Below are positions 1 through 8,517 of a DNA stretch of 64,000 nt, piece by piece. This DNA is from Candidatus Binatia bacterium. Lineage in GTDB: Bacteria > Desulfobacterota > Binatia > HRBIN30. Within the stretch, counting starts at the first letter, position 1. Each line of letters starts with the position of its first letter. The notes under the pieces are model-generated. The model saw nothing but the letters and a program-made list of their open reading frames with translations, did no database searches and had not been told where the DNA came from. Both the position numbers and the translations under genes were made by a program. The stretch is from the NCBI GenBank assembly GCA_038245295.1, contig JBBRSP010000012.1:32001-96000 (forward strand). The letters are read 5' to 3'.

Positions 1-1161
1 AGCGTGATTTGGCACGTAATCGAGATCGCACTGCGGGTCCTGGTGCTCGTAGTTGATGGTTGGCGGTAGCGTCTGGTGGTGCAGCGCCAACGCCGTGTAC
101 GCCGCCTCAATGGCGCCGGCAGCACCCAGAGCGTGGCCGATCATCGACTTCGTCGAACTGACGGCCAGCTTCCACGCGTGCTCTCCGAAGACATGTTTGA
201 TGGCCGACGTTTCGTTGACGTCGTTGTACGGCGTCGACGTCCCGTGTGCGTTGATGTACCCGATGTCACTTGGTTGCAATCGCGCGTCGCTCAACGCGAG
301 CTGCATGCAGCGCGCCGCACCCGCACCTTCGGGAGCCGGAGTTGTAATGTGGTACGCATCGGAGTTGGCCGCATAGCCGGCGATCTCTGCATAGATCCGC
401 GCGCCGCGCGCCCGCGCCGCATCGAGAGTTTCAAGAACCAGGATGGCCGCGCCCTCCGACAGAACAAACCCGTCACGGTCGCGCTCGAAGGGGCGACTCG
501 CCCGTTGCGGCTCGTCATTACGCGTTGACAGGGCGCGCATGACGGCAAAGCCGGCAACCGACAACGGCGTCACGCCCGACTCCGTGCCACCGGCAAGCAT
601 GATGTCCTGGTAACCGAAGCGAATCTGGCGCGCCGATTCGCCAACCCCTTGTGTCCCCGAAGAACACGCACTCGTGGTGACGAAGTTGACGCCCTTGGCG
701 CCGAATCGCATGGCAATCTGCGCCGGAGCCATGTTGGAGATCAGGCGCGGTACAAAAAACGGGCTCACCTTTTTGATGCCGTCGATGGCGAACGCCTTGG
801 CGGTTTCTTCCATCGTCATCATCCCGCCCATGCCGGTGCCCAGAATCACGCCGGTCTGTTCGCCCTGCAGCGCCGCCAACGATAGCCCCGAATCGCGCAC
901 GGCCATCTCCGCTGCCGCCATGGCAAAGTGAGTAAACGAGTCGTTACGTCGCGCTTCTTTTTTTTCCATGAATTGCGTCGGGTCGAAGTCACGCACTTCG
1001 CCGGCGATCTGGACCGGAAGGCCGGCGGGATCGAAGCGAGTGATGCGGCCGACCCCTGACTCGCCGGCCATCAGACGAGTCCAATTGGACTTCAGGTCGT
1101 TGCCGAGCGGCGTTACCAGGCCGATGCCGGTGATGACAACGCGGCGTCCTTGTGCAGGCAT
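1..1161 (-). CDS. fabF: 3-oxoacyl-ACP synthase II (3' end runs off the window)
   Basis: Manual translation from ATG at 1161 (missing from the ORF track): [20 protein letters not shown]...TTSACSSG (catalytic Cys)...YINAHGTST...[14 protein letters not shown]. Confidence 0.95.
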   Translation of the reverse strand, partial: MPAQGRRVVITGIGLVTPLGNDLKSNWTRLMAGESGVGRITRFDPAGLPVQIAGEVRDFDPTQFMEKKEARRNDSFTHFAMAAAEMAVRDSGLSLAALQGEQTGVILGTGMGGMMTMEETAKAFAIDGIKKVSPFFVPRLISNMAPAQIAMRFGAKGVNFVTTSACSSGTQGVGESARQIRFGYQDIMLAGGTESGVTPLSVAGFAVMRALSTRNDEPQRASRPFERDRDGFVLSEGAAILVLETLDAARARGARIYAEIAGYAANSDAYHITTPAPEGAGAARCMQLALSDARLQPSDIGYINAHGTSTPYNDVNETSAIKHVFGEHAWKLAVSSTKSMIGHALGAAGAIEAAYTALALHHQTLPPTINYEHQDPQCDLDYVPNHA

Positions 1162-1233
1162 GAGTTCCACGTCTTTAGTGGAGGGTCCCCCGCGGTTCAA
1201 CTGATCGTCCCGAACGACGCGGGTTGGAGGCTC

Positions 1234-1282
1234 AAACGAAAACGGGGAGCCTCGCTACTGCGAGACTCCCCGTTTCTTGTTT
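1234..1282 (-). terminator. Rho-independent terminator downstream of the scaffoldin-like gene
   Basis: Stem aaacggggag-c-ctcgc/tact/gcgag-a-ctccccgttt (1240-1275), followed on the minus strand by TTTTCGTTT. Confidence 0.8.
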
Positions 1283-1297
1283 CGGACTAACTACCGC

Positions 1298-3145
1298 TTA
1301 GCGTGAGCGGCGGCGAACAAACATCGCCAATGCCGGGATCAGCATCAGCCAGCCGGCACTGCTGCCGCCAACGGTGTTGATCTGGCAACCGTCCTCAGAT
1401 TCGACTCGTGATGGGCTCGGCGTGCCGCTTCCACCAGGCGTGTTCGTCGCTTCGCCGCGCGGCGTGTTCGTCTTCGTCGCCGTGGCCGTCAAGACGCTCT
1501 GAGCGGTACGGGTCGGGGTTGCCGATGCGACCACGACCGGGATTGTCGCTGTAGCGGTCGGCACCGGTGTGTTCACAACCGATCCCTCGACGCAGATGAC
1601 GCCGTTCTGGCTAGTTACACCGGCAACCTGTTGGCCAGCCGGCGTGCTCAGGATCGTTCCCGAGACGACGAGCTCAGCTCCACCCGCGACCGTAATGTTG
1701 CAGGTATAGAGGGTCGAGCCGCTAGCAATGGCCGAGACGTTCTCGGTCGACAACACGAGGGCACGCACCCCGGTGCAAGCACCGGCAGCGCAAGCGTTCG
1801 GGCGGAAGGCGAACGACGTTCCGGTCTTGTCGATATCCGGGTTGACGGCGCAATCCGGCTTGCCGTTGGCCTTACGATTGATCGAAGCGCCAGCCGGCAG
1901 GCTGATGTCGTTCTGCGATCCGGCCACATCCGTGTTCGAAACGAGCTTGACCGTGATGCTGCCGGTCGTTGTGCCAGACGGGAGGCCCTGGTCAACGATG
2001 TAGATCGCGTTGCCGGATGGCGCCGCCTTTGGCGACGGGCAGACGTTGCCAGCCGGGGTGGTCGGGGTCGGGCTCGGGTTGCCACCGCCACCGACACAGA
2101 TGATACCGTTCTGGCTGGTGACGCCGGCAACCTGCTGACCAACCGGGCTGCTCAGGATGGTGCCGGAAACGACCAGCTCAGCCCCACCAGCAACGGTGAT
2201 GTTGCAGGTGTAAAGGGTCGCACCGCTAACAATCGGGTCGACGTTCTCCGTCGACAACACGAGCGCACGCACCCCGGTGCAGGCACCGGCAGCGCAACCG
2301 TTCGGGCGGAAGGCAAAGGACGTTCCGGTCTTGTCGATGTCCGGGTTCACGGTGCAATCGGGCTTGCCGTTGGCCTTCCGATTGATGGAAGCGCCAGCCG
2401 GTAGGCTAATGTCGTTCTGCGTGCCAGCGACAGCGGTGTTGGAAGCCAACTTCACCGTGATGGTGCCGCTCGTGGCCCCAGCGGCGAGGTTCTGATCTTG
2501 GATATAAATCGCGTTGCCAGAGGGTGCAGGGCGCGGGTCAGCGCAGCTGCTGCCGGTGGTCGGCGTCGGCGTCGCCGGGGGCACGCCCGTCGTGTTGGTC
2601 GGAGTCGCAGTAAACCCACCGCCGCCACTCACGGTCACAGCTCCGTTTGTGCCAGTGGCAACTTCAACGCGCGTCCCCGTCGGATCGCTGGCGATGACGC
2701 CACTGATGGTGAGGGCTTTGTCACCACCCGTAGCCGAGCTCGCGATCGCGACTCGGCACGTGTAGAGGACAGAACCGTCGACAATGGCGTCGACATTCTC
2801 GGTCGACAACACGAGAGCGCGCACCGCGGTGCAAGTCTCGGCCGTGCAGGCGTTCGGACGGAACGCGAACGATGTTCCCGTCTTGTCGATGTCTGGATTG
2901 ACGGTGCAATCCGGCTTGCCATTCGCCTTGCGGGCGATCGGCGTGGTCGGATCAAAGGTAATGTCGTTTTGTGTACCGGCGACCTGTGCGCCTTCCGATG
3001 TCAGCGAGACGCTGACCGAGACGGTGGCCCCAGGGGCCCCCGAGGCACTGCCGACTACGATCTTGGCCGCCTGTGCTGCGTTCGCCCCCAAACCTAGGAC
3101 CGACGCGGCAAACAGCGCACCAAGAACCGCGATGCTTTTACGCAT
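1298..3145 (-). CDS. Secreted scaffoldin-like protein: signal peptide, three cohesin-like domains, Pro/Thr linkers, MYXO-CTERM-like anchor
   Basis: ATG 3145 after GAGGGAGGAG; signal MRKSIAVLGALFAASVLGLGANAAQA; cohesin-type pattern IVVGSASGAPGATVSVSVSL...VAGTQNDITFDP...DGSVLYTC...TNGAVTV with its core repeated 3 times; C-terminus GCQI...GWLMLIPALAMFVRRRSR. Confidence 0.8.
   Translation of the reverse strand: MRKSIAVLGALFAASVLGLGANAAQAAKIVVGSASGAPGATVSVSVSLTSEGAQVAGTQNDITFDPTTPIARKANGKPDCTVNPDIDKTGTSFAFRPNACTAETCTAVRALVLSTENVDAIVDGSVLYTCRVAIASSATGGDKALTISGVIASDPTGTRVEVATGTNGAVTVSGGGGFTATPTNTTGVPPATPTPTTGSSCADPRPAPSGNAIYIQDQNLAAGATSGTITVKLASNTAVAGTQNDISLPAGASINRKANGKPDCTVNPDIDKTGTSFAFRPNGCAAGACTGVRALVLSTENVDPIVSGATLYTCNITVAGGAELVVSGTILSSPVGQQVAGVTSQNGIICVGGGGNPSPTPTTPAGNVCPSPKAAPSGNAIYIVDQGLPSGTTTGSITVKLVSNTDVAGSQNDISLPAGASINRKANGKPDCAVNPDIDKTGTSFAFRPNACAAGACTGVRALVLSTENVSAIASGSTLYTCNITVAGGAELVVSGTILSTPAGQQVAGVTSQNGVICVEGSVVNTPVPTATATIPVVVASATPTRTAQSVLTATATKTNTPRGEATNTPGGSGTPSPSRVESEDGCQINTVGGSSAGWLMLIPALAMFVRRRSR
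1589..3064 (-). repeat. Three internal ~150-aa cohesin-like repeats (approx. 3064-2630, 2545-2093, 2041-1589)
   Basis: RKANGKPDC(T/A)VNPDIDKTGTSFAFRPN...VRALVLSTENV...LYTC occurs in all three; repeats 2 and 3 are offset by 504 bp. Confidence 0.95.
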
Positions 3146-3313
3146 GTTCACTCCTCCCTCAAAGTAGCTATCCGAATCGAAATGTTTCGGGTGTGCACCG
3201 AAGCGCACCCCGCTCCTACCTTAATTCGCGCACCGCCGTCTAGATACTTTCTACACTTTTCAGGCGGCTTTTTCGAAAATTCACTTTGGCGCTCCGGGTT
3301 GGTCGACTGCGTC

Positions 3314-4237
3314 TCACGAAGCTGGACAGCCGCCCAGGGCGTTGCTGACCGCCGCAACGATCTCATCGATCGTAATTTCTCCGTCACTATTGCGGTCACC
3401 AGCCGGGCACTGCGACGCCGGGGCGTTGCCAAGGGCCGCATTGACCATGATGATCAACTCGTCGACCGTGACCTCGCCATCGCCGCCGCAATCACCAAGG
3501 CACTTGTTCATCACCGAGACATTGCCATCGGTGATCGCTACCTGACTGGTGCTGCCGGCGCTGCATGGCGGTTGCCCGGTAATACGCACACACGTTACGT
3601 CCGTTCCAGCTTTGTCACCCGTCGACAAGAAGGCCGTGAACTGCGGCTTCGACGAGTTCACCGACTCCGTGTAGATATGCAGCGGCAACGTGCCCGAAGC
3701 GCTGGCTCCAACCTTGAGATCAATGTCGATGATGCGACCGTCCGGCAGCACGGGAATTTCGACGCCTGTGCCTTGCACCGGTAACGGATTCGGACCGAAG
3801 ACTACGACGTTGATGAAGGAATCAGGGGTAATGCCGCTTCCGTCCGCCGGACACAGGCAATGCGTTTTGCCGTTGGCACAAGCGGCGTTCTCGACCATCA
3901 GATTGAAATTGCTCAAGCTACTCGCGAGTCGCACAGAAGCCGGCAGGCCATTCGCGTCGAGGGTGCAATCGTTGAGCTTCAGGTTGGCGCCAACATCGAG
4001 CGTCAAGGCGAGCGCCGCAACTTCGTCGATCCCGGCGCCAGCGTTGCTATCGTTTGGACCTTGATTGAAGGTCACCCCGGTCGTCACCACGCCGCCCTTG
4101 GCAGCGCTGCCGGAGGCGACGCTGACCTTGGCGCAGTTGGCCGGATTGGGACACGGCGTGACCGATTGCGCCACCGCGACCTGCGCGATGCTCGCCACGG
4201 CCAACGCAATGAGGCAGCGGTAGTAGAGATTACCCAT
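3314..4237 (-). CDS. Secreted protein with a divergent cohesin-like domain and C-terminal dockerin-like domain (adaptor-scaffoldin-like); alternative start 4264
   Basis: Signal peptide; VSVASGSAAKGGVVT...LPDGRIIDIDLKVGASASGTLPL...DGNVSV, then CLGDCGGDGEVTVDELIIMVNAALG...CPAGDRNSDGEITIDEIVAAVSNALGGC. Confidence 0.75.
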   Translation of the reverse strand: MGNLYYRCLIALAVASIAQVAVAQSVTPCPNPANCAKVSVASGSAAKGGVVTTGVTFNQGPNDSNAGAGIDEVAALALTLDVGANLKLNDCTLDANGLPASVRLASSLSNFNLMVENAACANGKTHCLCPADGSGITPDSFINVVVFGPNPLPVQGTGVEIPVLPDGRIIDIDLKVGASASGTLPLHIYTESVNSSKPQFTAFLSTGDKAGTDVTCVRITGQPPCSAGSTSQVAITDGNVSVMNKCLGDCGGDGEVTVDELIIMVNAALGNAPASQCPAGDRNSDGEITIDEIVAAVSNALGGCPAS

Positions 4238-4260
4238 GGTTGGTTTCTTCCATTCAGCGT

Positions 4261-5592
4261 TCATTGAGCACACCCATTCAGTGCGTTGTTGACGGAAAGC
4301 AGGATTTCATCGATGGTCACTTCGCCGTTGCCATCCTTGTCACCAGCCAAACAAGTATCGACCTGGGCACTACCCAGCGCGATGTTCACCATGATCAGCA
4401 ACTCATCGACTGTGACCTCACCGTCGCCGGCGCAATCGCCGACGCACGCGGCGAGTTGGGTTTCATTCAACAGAACGCTGACCGTTTGCGTATCCTGGCC
4501 AACGGTTGCGATGTCGATCTTCTGATCCTTGTTGAGATCAACCCCGACGATCCCGGCGGGCGCGGCGCCGACATCAAACGGCACGTAGTCCGCAAAAGTA
4601 CCGTCACCTTTGCCCAAAATCACCGCGGCCTTATCCTCAAATTCGCTGGAGGTTGCAATATCGAGCTTGCCATCGCCGTCGAAGTCACCAATCGCACCGG
4701 CCAACGGTGACGAAGCGACGAGCGTCGTTGGCAAGAGCGGCGCGTCGAAGGTCAGGTCGCCGTGACCGATCAGGATGGCGACATCGTCGGAATCACCGTT
4801 GACCACCGCGATGTCGATCTTGCCATCGTTGTTGAAGTCGGCGGCCAGCACCGCGACCGGTCCGTCGATGACGTCCGCGGCGATCTCGGGCAGCGCTTCG
4901 AACGTCCCATCGCCATGGCCCTTAAGGATAGAGATCGAACCGATCCCATCGGTTCCACCCTGCGTGTTGGCAACCACGAGATCTACCTTGCCGTCGCTGT
5001 TGAGCTCGCGCGCCGTGATGTTCTCCGGCGCCGCACCAACCGCAATCGCGGTCGGCAAGCCGAAGGCCCCGGTCCCGGTTCCAAGCAGGATCGAAACGGT
5101 GTCGTCGAAACTATCCGCGGTGGCGACGTCGGCTTTGCCGTCGCCATTGAAGTCGCCTACGGCGATCCCTGCGGGGGACACACCGGTGTCGGTCGCGATG
5201 GGTTGGCCAAACGTCATCGAGCCCTGATTGGGCAACACCGTGACCGTATTGTCGACGCTATCCGCAGTAATGATATCGGGCTTGCCGTCGCCATTGAAAT
5301 CGCGAATCGCCACGGCAACAGGCAAAACGCCGACGTCGAGGTTCAACGCCGTCTCGAAGGTTCCGTCACCGTGGCCCTTAAGAACCGAAACATCGTCGGC
5401 ATCGCTATTGACGACAACCAAATCGATGTTCCCGTCGCCATCCAGATCCGCACTGGCGAGCGCCAACGGTGTAGTATCGACCACTGGTTCGGGCATCACC
5501 GCCGTGAACATCAACGTGGACTGCGCCCAAGCTGCCGCCATGATTACGGTGGACCCCAGAAGTGCGGCCGCCATCAATCGCTTCAAATACAT
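4261..5592 (-). CDS. Secreted FG-GAP/VCBS repeat beta-propeller with C-terminal dockerin-like domain
   Basis: RBS GGAGG; signal peptide; seven D(L/F)xxDGKxD-type repeats; C-terminal CVGDCAGDGEVTVDELL...CLAGDKDGNGEVTIDEILLSVNNALNGC. Confidence 0.85.
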   Translation of the reverse strand: MYLKRLMAAALLGSTVIMAAAWAQSTLMFTAVMPEPVVDTTPLALASADLDGDGNIDLVVVNSDADDVSVLKGHGDGTFETALNLDVGVLPVAVAIRDFNGDGKPDIITADSVDNTVTVLPNQGSMTFGQPIATDTGVSPAGIAVGDFNGDGKADVATADSFDDTVSILLGTGTGAFGLPTAIAVGAAPENITARELNSDGKVDLVVANTQGGTDGIGSISILKGHGDGTFEALPEIAADVIDGPVAVLAADFNNDGKIDIAVVNGDSDDVAILIGHGDLTFDAPLLPTTLVASSPLAGAIGDFDGDGKLDIATSSEFEDKAAVILGKGDGTFADYVPFDVGAAPAGIVGVDLNKDQKIDIATVGQDTQTVSVLLNETQLAACVGDCAGDGEVTVDELLIMVNIALGSAQVDTCLAGDKDGNGEVTIDEILLSVNNALNGCAQ

Positions 5593-5806
5593 TCGGTTCC
5601 TCCACCTCGCCCAGGGCTTTTACTGGACGAACGCGGCCAGCGCCACGGGTCGCCCTGATCGATGTGCTGCTTCAGCAAAACGCAATCTATATGGTTGTAG
5701 GGACTGTTCATTGTCAAGCAACGCATTCCGCAATAATCGTTCCGAAACTAGTCTCGCGTGAGGCATGGCTTGCCCTGCACTCGCACCACTTGTAAGAGCC
5801 GCCTTG

Positions 5807-6064
5807 ATGGATGCACCCACAACAGCGAAACCAAAGAAGGCCGTCGACATCAACGTCCTGCGTTGTCTGAACCCAGAATGTCGCGCCTTGCTCGCGTACG
5901 AAGTCGATAGCAACAACGTCCTGTACCTCGACCTGTCGTGGAGCGCCAAGCAGGCTGGCTCAACCCGCTACTTTCCGTGCCCCAAGTGCCACGGCAAGAA
6001 CTGCCTGGAAAGCATCGACGTCAACGGCAAGGCGAAGCAGCGCGTCGCCAGATTCGAAGCGTAG
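5807..6064 (+). CDS. Small zinc-ribbon-like hypothetical protein
   Basis: CLNPEC...CPKC cysteine pairs; typical high-GC3 codon use. Confidence 0.65.
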   Translation: MDAPTTAKPKKAVDINVLRCLNPECRALLAYEVDSNNVLYLDLSWSAKQAGSTRYFPCPKCHGKNCLESIDVNGKAKQRVARFEA

Positions 6065-6081
6065 TCGCGGCACGAGCCGGT

Positions 6082-6303
6082 ATGGACGATTCTCTCGAAC
6101 TCATACCGCGCTCGGTTCGCGACAAGCTCGATCGCGTCGGCATCAAGCTGCATTTGCGCCAGTGGCAGGCACTGTCGCTGCACGATCGCGAGAGCCTGCG
6201 TGATCTGCCGTGTGAATCGGACGCGCAGGTGCGCCACTACGCCGAGATCCTCGAAGACCTGATCCGCCGCGCCACCGGTGCGTCGGCGGATCGCATCCTC
6301 TGA
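6082..6303 (+). CDS. Nitrate-reductase-associated (NarM-like) small protein
   Basis: DSLELIPRSVRDKLDRVGIKLHLRQWQAL...LRDLPC resembles the Nitr_red_assoc family. Confidence 0.6.
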   Translation: MDDSLELIPRSVRDKLDRVGIKLHLRQWQALSLHDRESLRDLPCESDAQVRHYAEILEDLIRRATGASADRIL

Positions 6304-6321
6304 AACGACAGGAGACATACG

Positions 6322-7377
6322 ATGAAAGCCGCCGTGATGGACGGAGTCCGCCAACCACTCAGTGTTCGTGACGTTCCGGAACCAACTGTACCACCGCACG
6401 GCGCCATGGTCCGCGTTGAGGCCAACGGCATCTGTCGTAGCGATTGGCACGTCTGGACCGGCGACTGGACCTGGTTCGGCATGAAATTGAAGTTCCCTCA
6501 CGTGCTCGGTCATGAACTATGCGGCGTCGTCGAGGAAGTCGGCGCCGATGTCCGCCGTATCAAACGTGGCGACCGCGTCATCGTCCCGTTCAGCCAGGGT
6601 GAAGGCACCTGCGAGTGGTGCCGCGGCGGCACGCCGAATCTGTGCGACACACCCCTGACGCCGGGGTTCGCCTACTGGGGCGGCTACGGGCGTTTCGTGG
6701 CGGCACCGTATGCCGACGTCAACCTGGTCGCCTTGCCCGAGACGATTCCCTTCGTCGATGCCGCCGCCCTCGGTTGTCGCTTCATGACCGCGTTCCACGG
6801 CGTCGTTGATCGCGCCCAGGTACAAGCCGGCGAGTGGGTAGCGGTTCACGGCTGCGGCGGCGTCGGTTTGTCGGCCGTGCACATCGCCAGCGCCATGGGC
6901 GCCAATGTCATCGCCGTCGACATGGGTGAGGAAAAGCTTGCCATGGCGCAGCAACTGGGGGCGATGGCAACGATCGACGTCCGCACCACGAATCCGACGA
7001 AGGCGATTCGCGACATTACCCATGGCGGGGCCCATGTCGCCGTCGATGCACTCGGCATCGCCGACACCTGCCGCAACGCGGTCGCTTCGCTGCGAAAACG
7101 CGGACGTCATCTGCAGCTCGGCATGACCTCGGCGAAAGAGAAGGGCGAGATCGCTCTGCCGATTGATTTGATCGTCTTGAAAGAGATCAGCGTCATCGGC
7201 TCGGCCGGAATGCCGGCGCCGCGCTTCGAATCGATGTTGCGTATGGTGACCAGCGGCAAACTGAGCCCCGGTCGCCTGGTCAACCGCAGCATCGGCCTGG
7301 CCGACGCCAGCGCCGTGCTCGAGTCGATGGACAGCTACGCCACCACCGGCGTCACCGTCATCACCGACTACAACTGA
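6322..7377 (+). CDS. Zinc-dependent alcohol dehydrogenase (MDR family)
   Basis: GICRSDWH, VLGHE, CEWC...C, GCGGVG motifs; RBS AGGAG. Confidence 0.92.
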   Translation: MKAAVMDGVRQPLSVRDVPEPTVPPHGAMVRVEANGICRSDWHVWTGDWTWFGMKLKFPHVLGHELCGVVEEVGADVRRIKRGDRVIVPFSQGEGTCEWCRGGTPNLCDTPLTPGFAYWGGYGRFVAAPYADVNLVALPETIPFVDAAALGCRFMTAFHGVVDRAQVQAGEWVAVHGCGGVGLSAVHIASAMGANVIAVDMGEEKLAMAQQLGAMATIDVRTTNPTKAIRDITHGGAHVAVDALGIADTCRNAVASLRKRGRHLQLGMTSAKEKGEIALPIDLIVLKEISVIGSAGMPAPRFESMLRMVTSGKLSPGRLVNRSIGLADASAVLESMDSYATTGVTVITDYN

Positions 7378-7393
7378 TTCGTTGGGGGCGTAC

Positions 7394-8479
7394 ATGATTA
7401 CCAAGGCGGACGATTTCCCGATCCATCAGACACCGGAGCCGATCGCCTACACGGCAACCAGCGATCGCAACTTCTACGATCGCTACTTCTTCAACGGCTA
7501 CAGCCGTGACGGGGCGATCTTCTTCGCCGCCGCCATGGGCAGCTACCCAAATCGCCGCGTCAACGATGCCGCCTTCAACATCATCTATGAAGGACGCCAG
7601 TACGTGTTGCGGGCTTCGCGCTTGGCCACGCCCGAGCGTATGGAAACGACGGTCGGGCCAATCCACGTCGAGGTGCTGGAACCGCTGCAGCGGGTGCGTC
7701 TGCGCATCGACCCGAACCCATTCGGCATCGCCGGCGACCTTACCTTCACGGCCCGTGTGCCGGTCATCGAGGAACCGAAGTTCTTTTTGCGGCAGGGGCA
7801 GCGCACGTTCATGGACTACACGCGCCTGACGCAGCACGGCGACTGGAGCGGCTTCCTCGAAGTGAATGGCAAGCGGATCGACGTTGGCGCCGAGCGATTC
7901 TGGGGCTCGCGTGACCGCTCGTGGGGCGTGCGCCCGGTCGGCGAACGTGATGGCGGCGCACCCATGACATCATTCCAGTTCTTCTGGCTGTGGGCGCCGG
8001 TCAATTTCGACAACCTGTGCACCCACTTCGATGTCAACGAATTTGCCTCGGGCGAGCGCTGGCACTGCGTCGGCAAGGCCGGCGCACCGGGGCCAAACGA
8101 GCTGAGCAACACGAACACCGTCCAGTACCATCTCGACATGAAGCCCGGCACGCGCCACGCCAGCCAGGCACGGATCTCACTACACCCGGCCGGCGGTACA
8201 CCACTCGAGCTCGAGTTCGAGCCGCTCTACAATTTCTACATGCTCGGCATTGGCTACGGTCACCCGCAGTGGGGTCACGGCATGTACGTTGGCGACGAGG
8301 CCGTCGACGGCGAGAGTTGGAATCTCGCCGACATCGATCCCTCGATTCCGCTGTATCTCCATGTCCAGGCTGTGTGCCGGGTCAAATGCGGGAAGGAGCA
8401 CGGCATCGGCGTGCTCGAACAACTCATCATCGGACCACACGAGCCAACCGGTTTCCGCGAGCTGTTCGATATGGCGTAG
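7394..8479 (+). CDS. Conserved hypothetical beta-rich protein
   Basis: Long high-GC3 ORF with DDFPIHQ, FYDRYFFNG, RDRSWGVR motifs; function not assignable. Confidence 0.7.
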   Translation: MITKADDFPIHQTPEPIAYTATSDRNFYDRYFFNGYSRDGAIFFAAAMGSYPNRRVNDAAFNIIYEGRQYVLRASRLATPERMETTVGPIHVEVLEPLQRVRLRIDPNPFGIAGDLTFTARVPVIEEPKFFLRQGQRTFMDYTRLTQHGDWSGFLEVNGKRIDVGAERFWGSRDRSWGVRPVGERDGGAPMTSFQFFWLWAPVNFDNLCTHFDVNEFASGERWHCVGKAGAPGPNELSNTNTVQYHLDMKPGTRHASQARISLHPAGGTPLELEFEPLYNFYMLGIGYGHPQWGHGMYVGDEAVDGESWNLADIDPSIPLYLHVQAVCRVKCGKEHGIGVLEQLIIGPHEPTGFRELFDMA

Positions 8480-8517
8480 GGCCACTGCGGAACTCCATCG
8501 GAATACCTACGGATCCG

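Noticed and set aside
1589..3064. Long direct repeats as a CRISPR array or DGR template/variable repeat
   Set aside because: They are in-frame protein domain repeats of ~450 bp with no spacer structure, no adenine-specific mismatch pattern noticed, and no reverse transcriptase or cas gene in the window.
1298..5592. A true cellulolytic cellulosome
   Set aside because: No glycoside hydrolase or CBM3 is recognisable in the window; cargo elsewhere in the genome is unknown.
1631..5761. Long plus-strand ORFs (1631-2404, 2498-3097, 4762-5658, etc.)
   Set aside because: Antisense shadows of high-GC minus-strand genes that have clear signal peptides, RBSs and domains.
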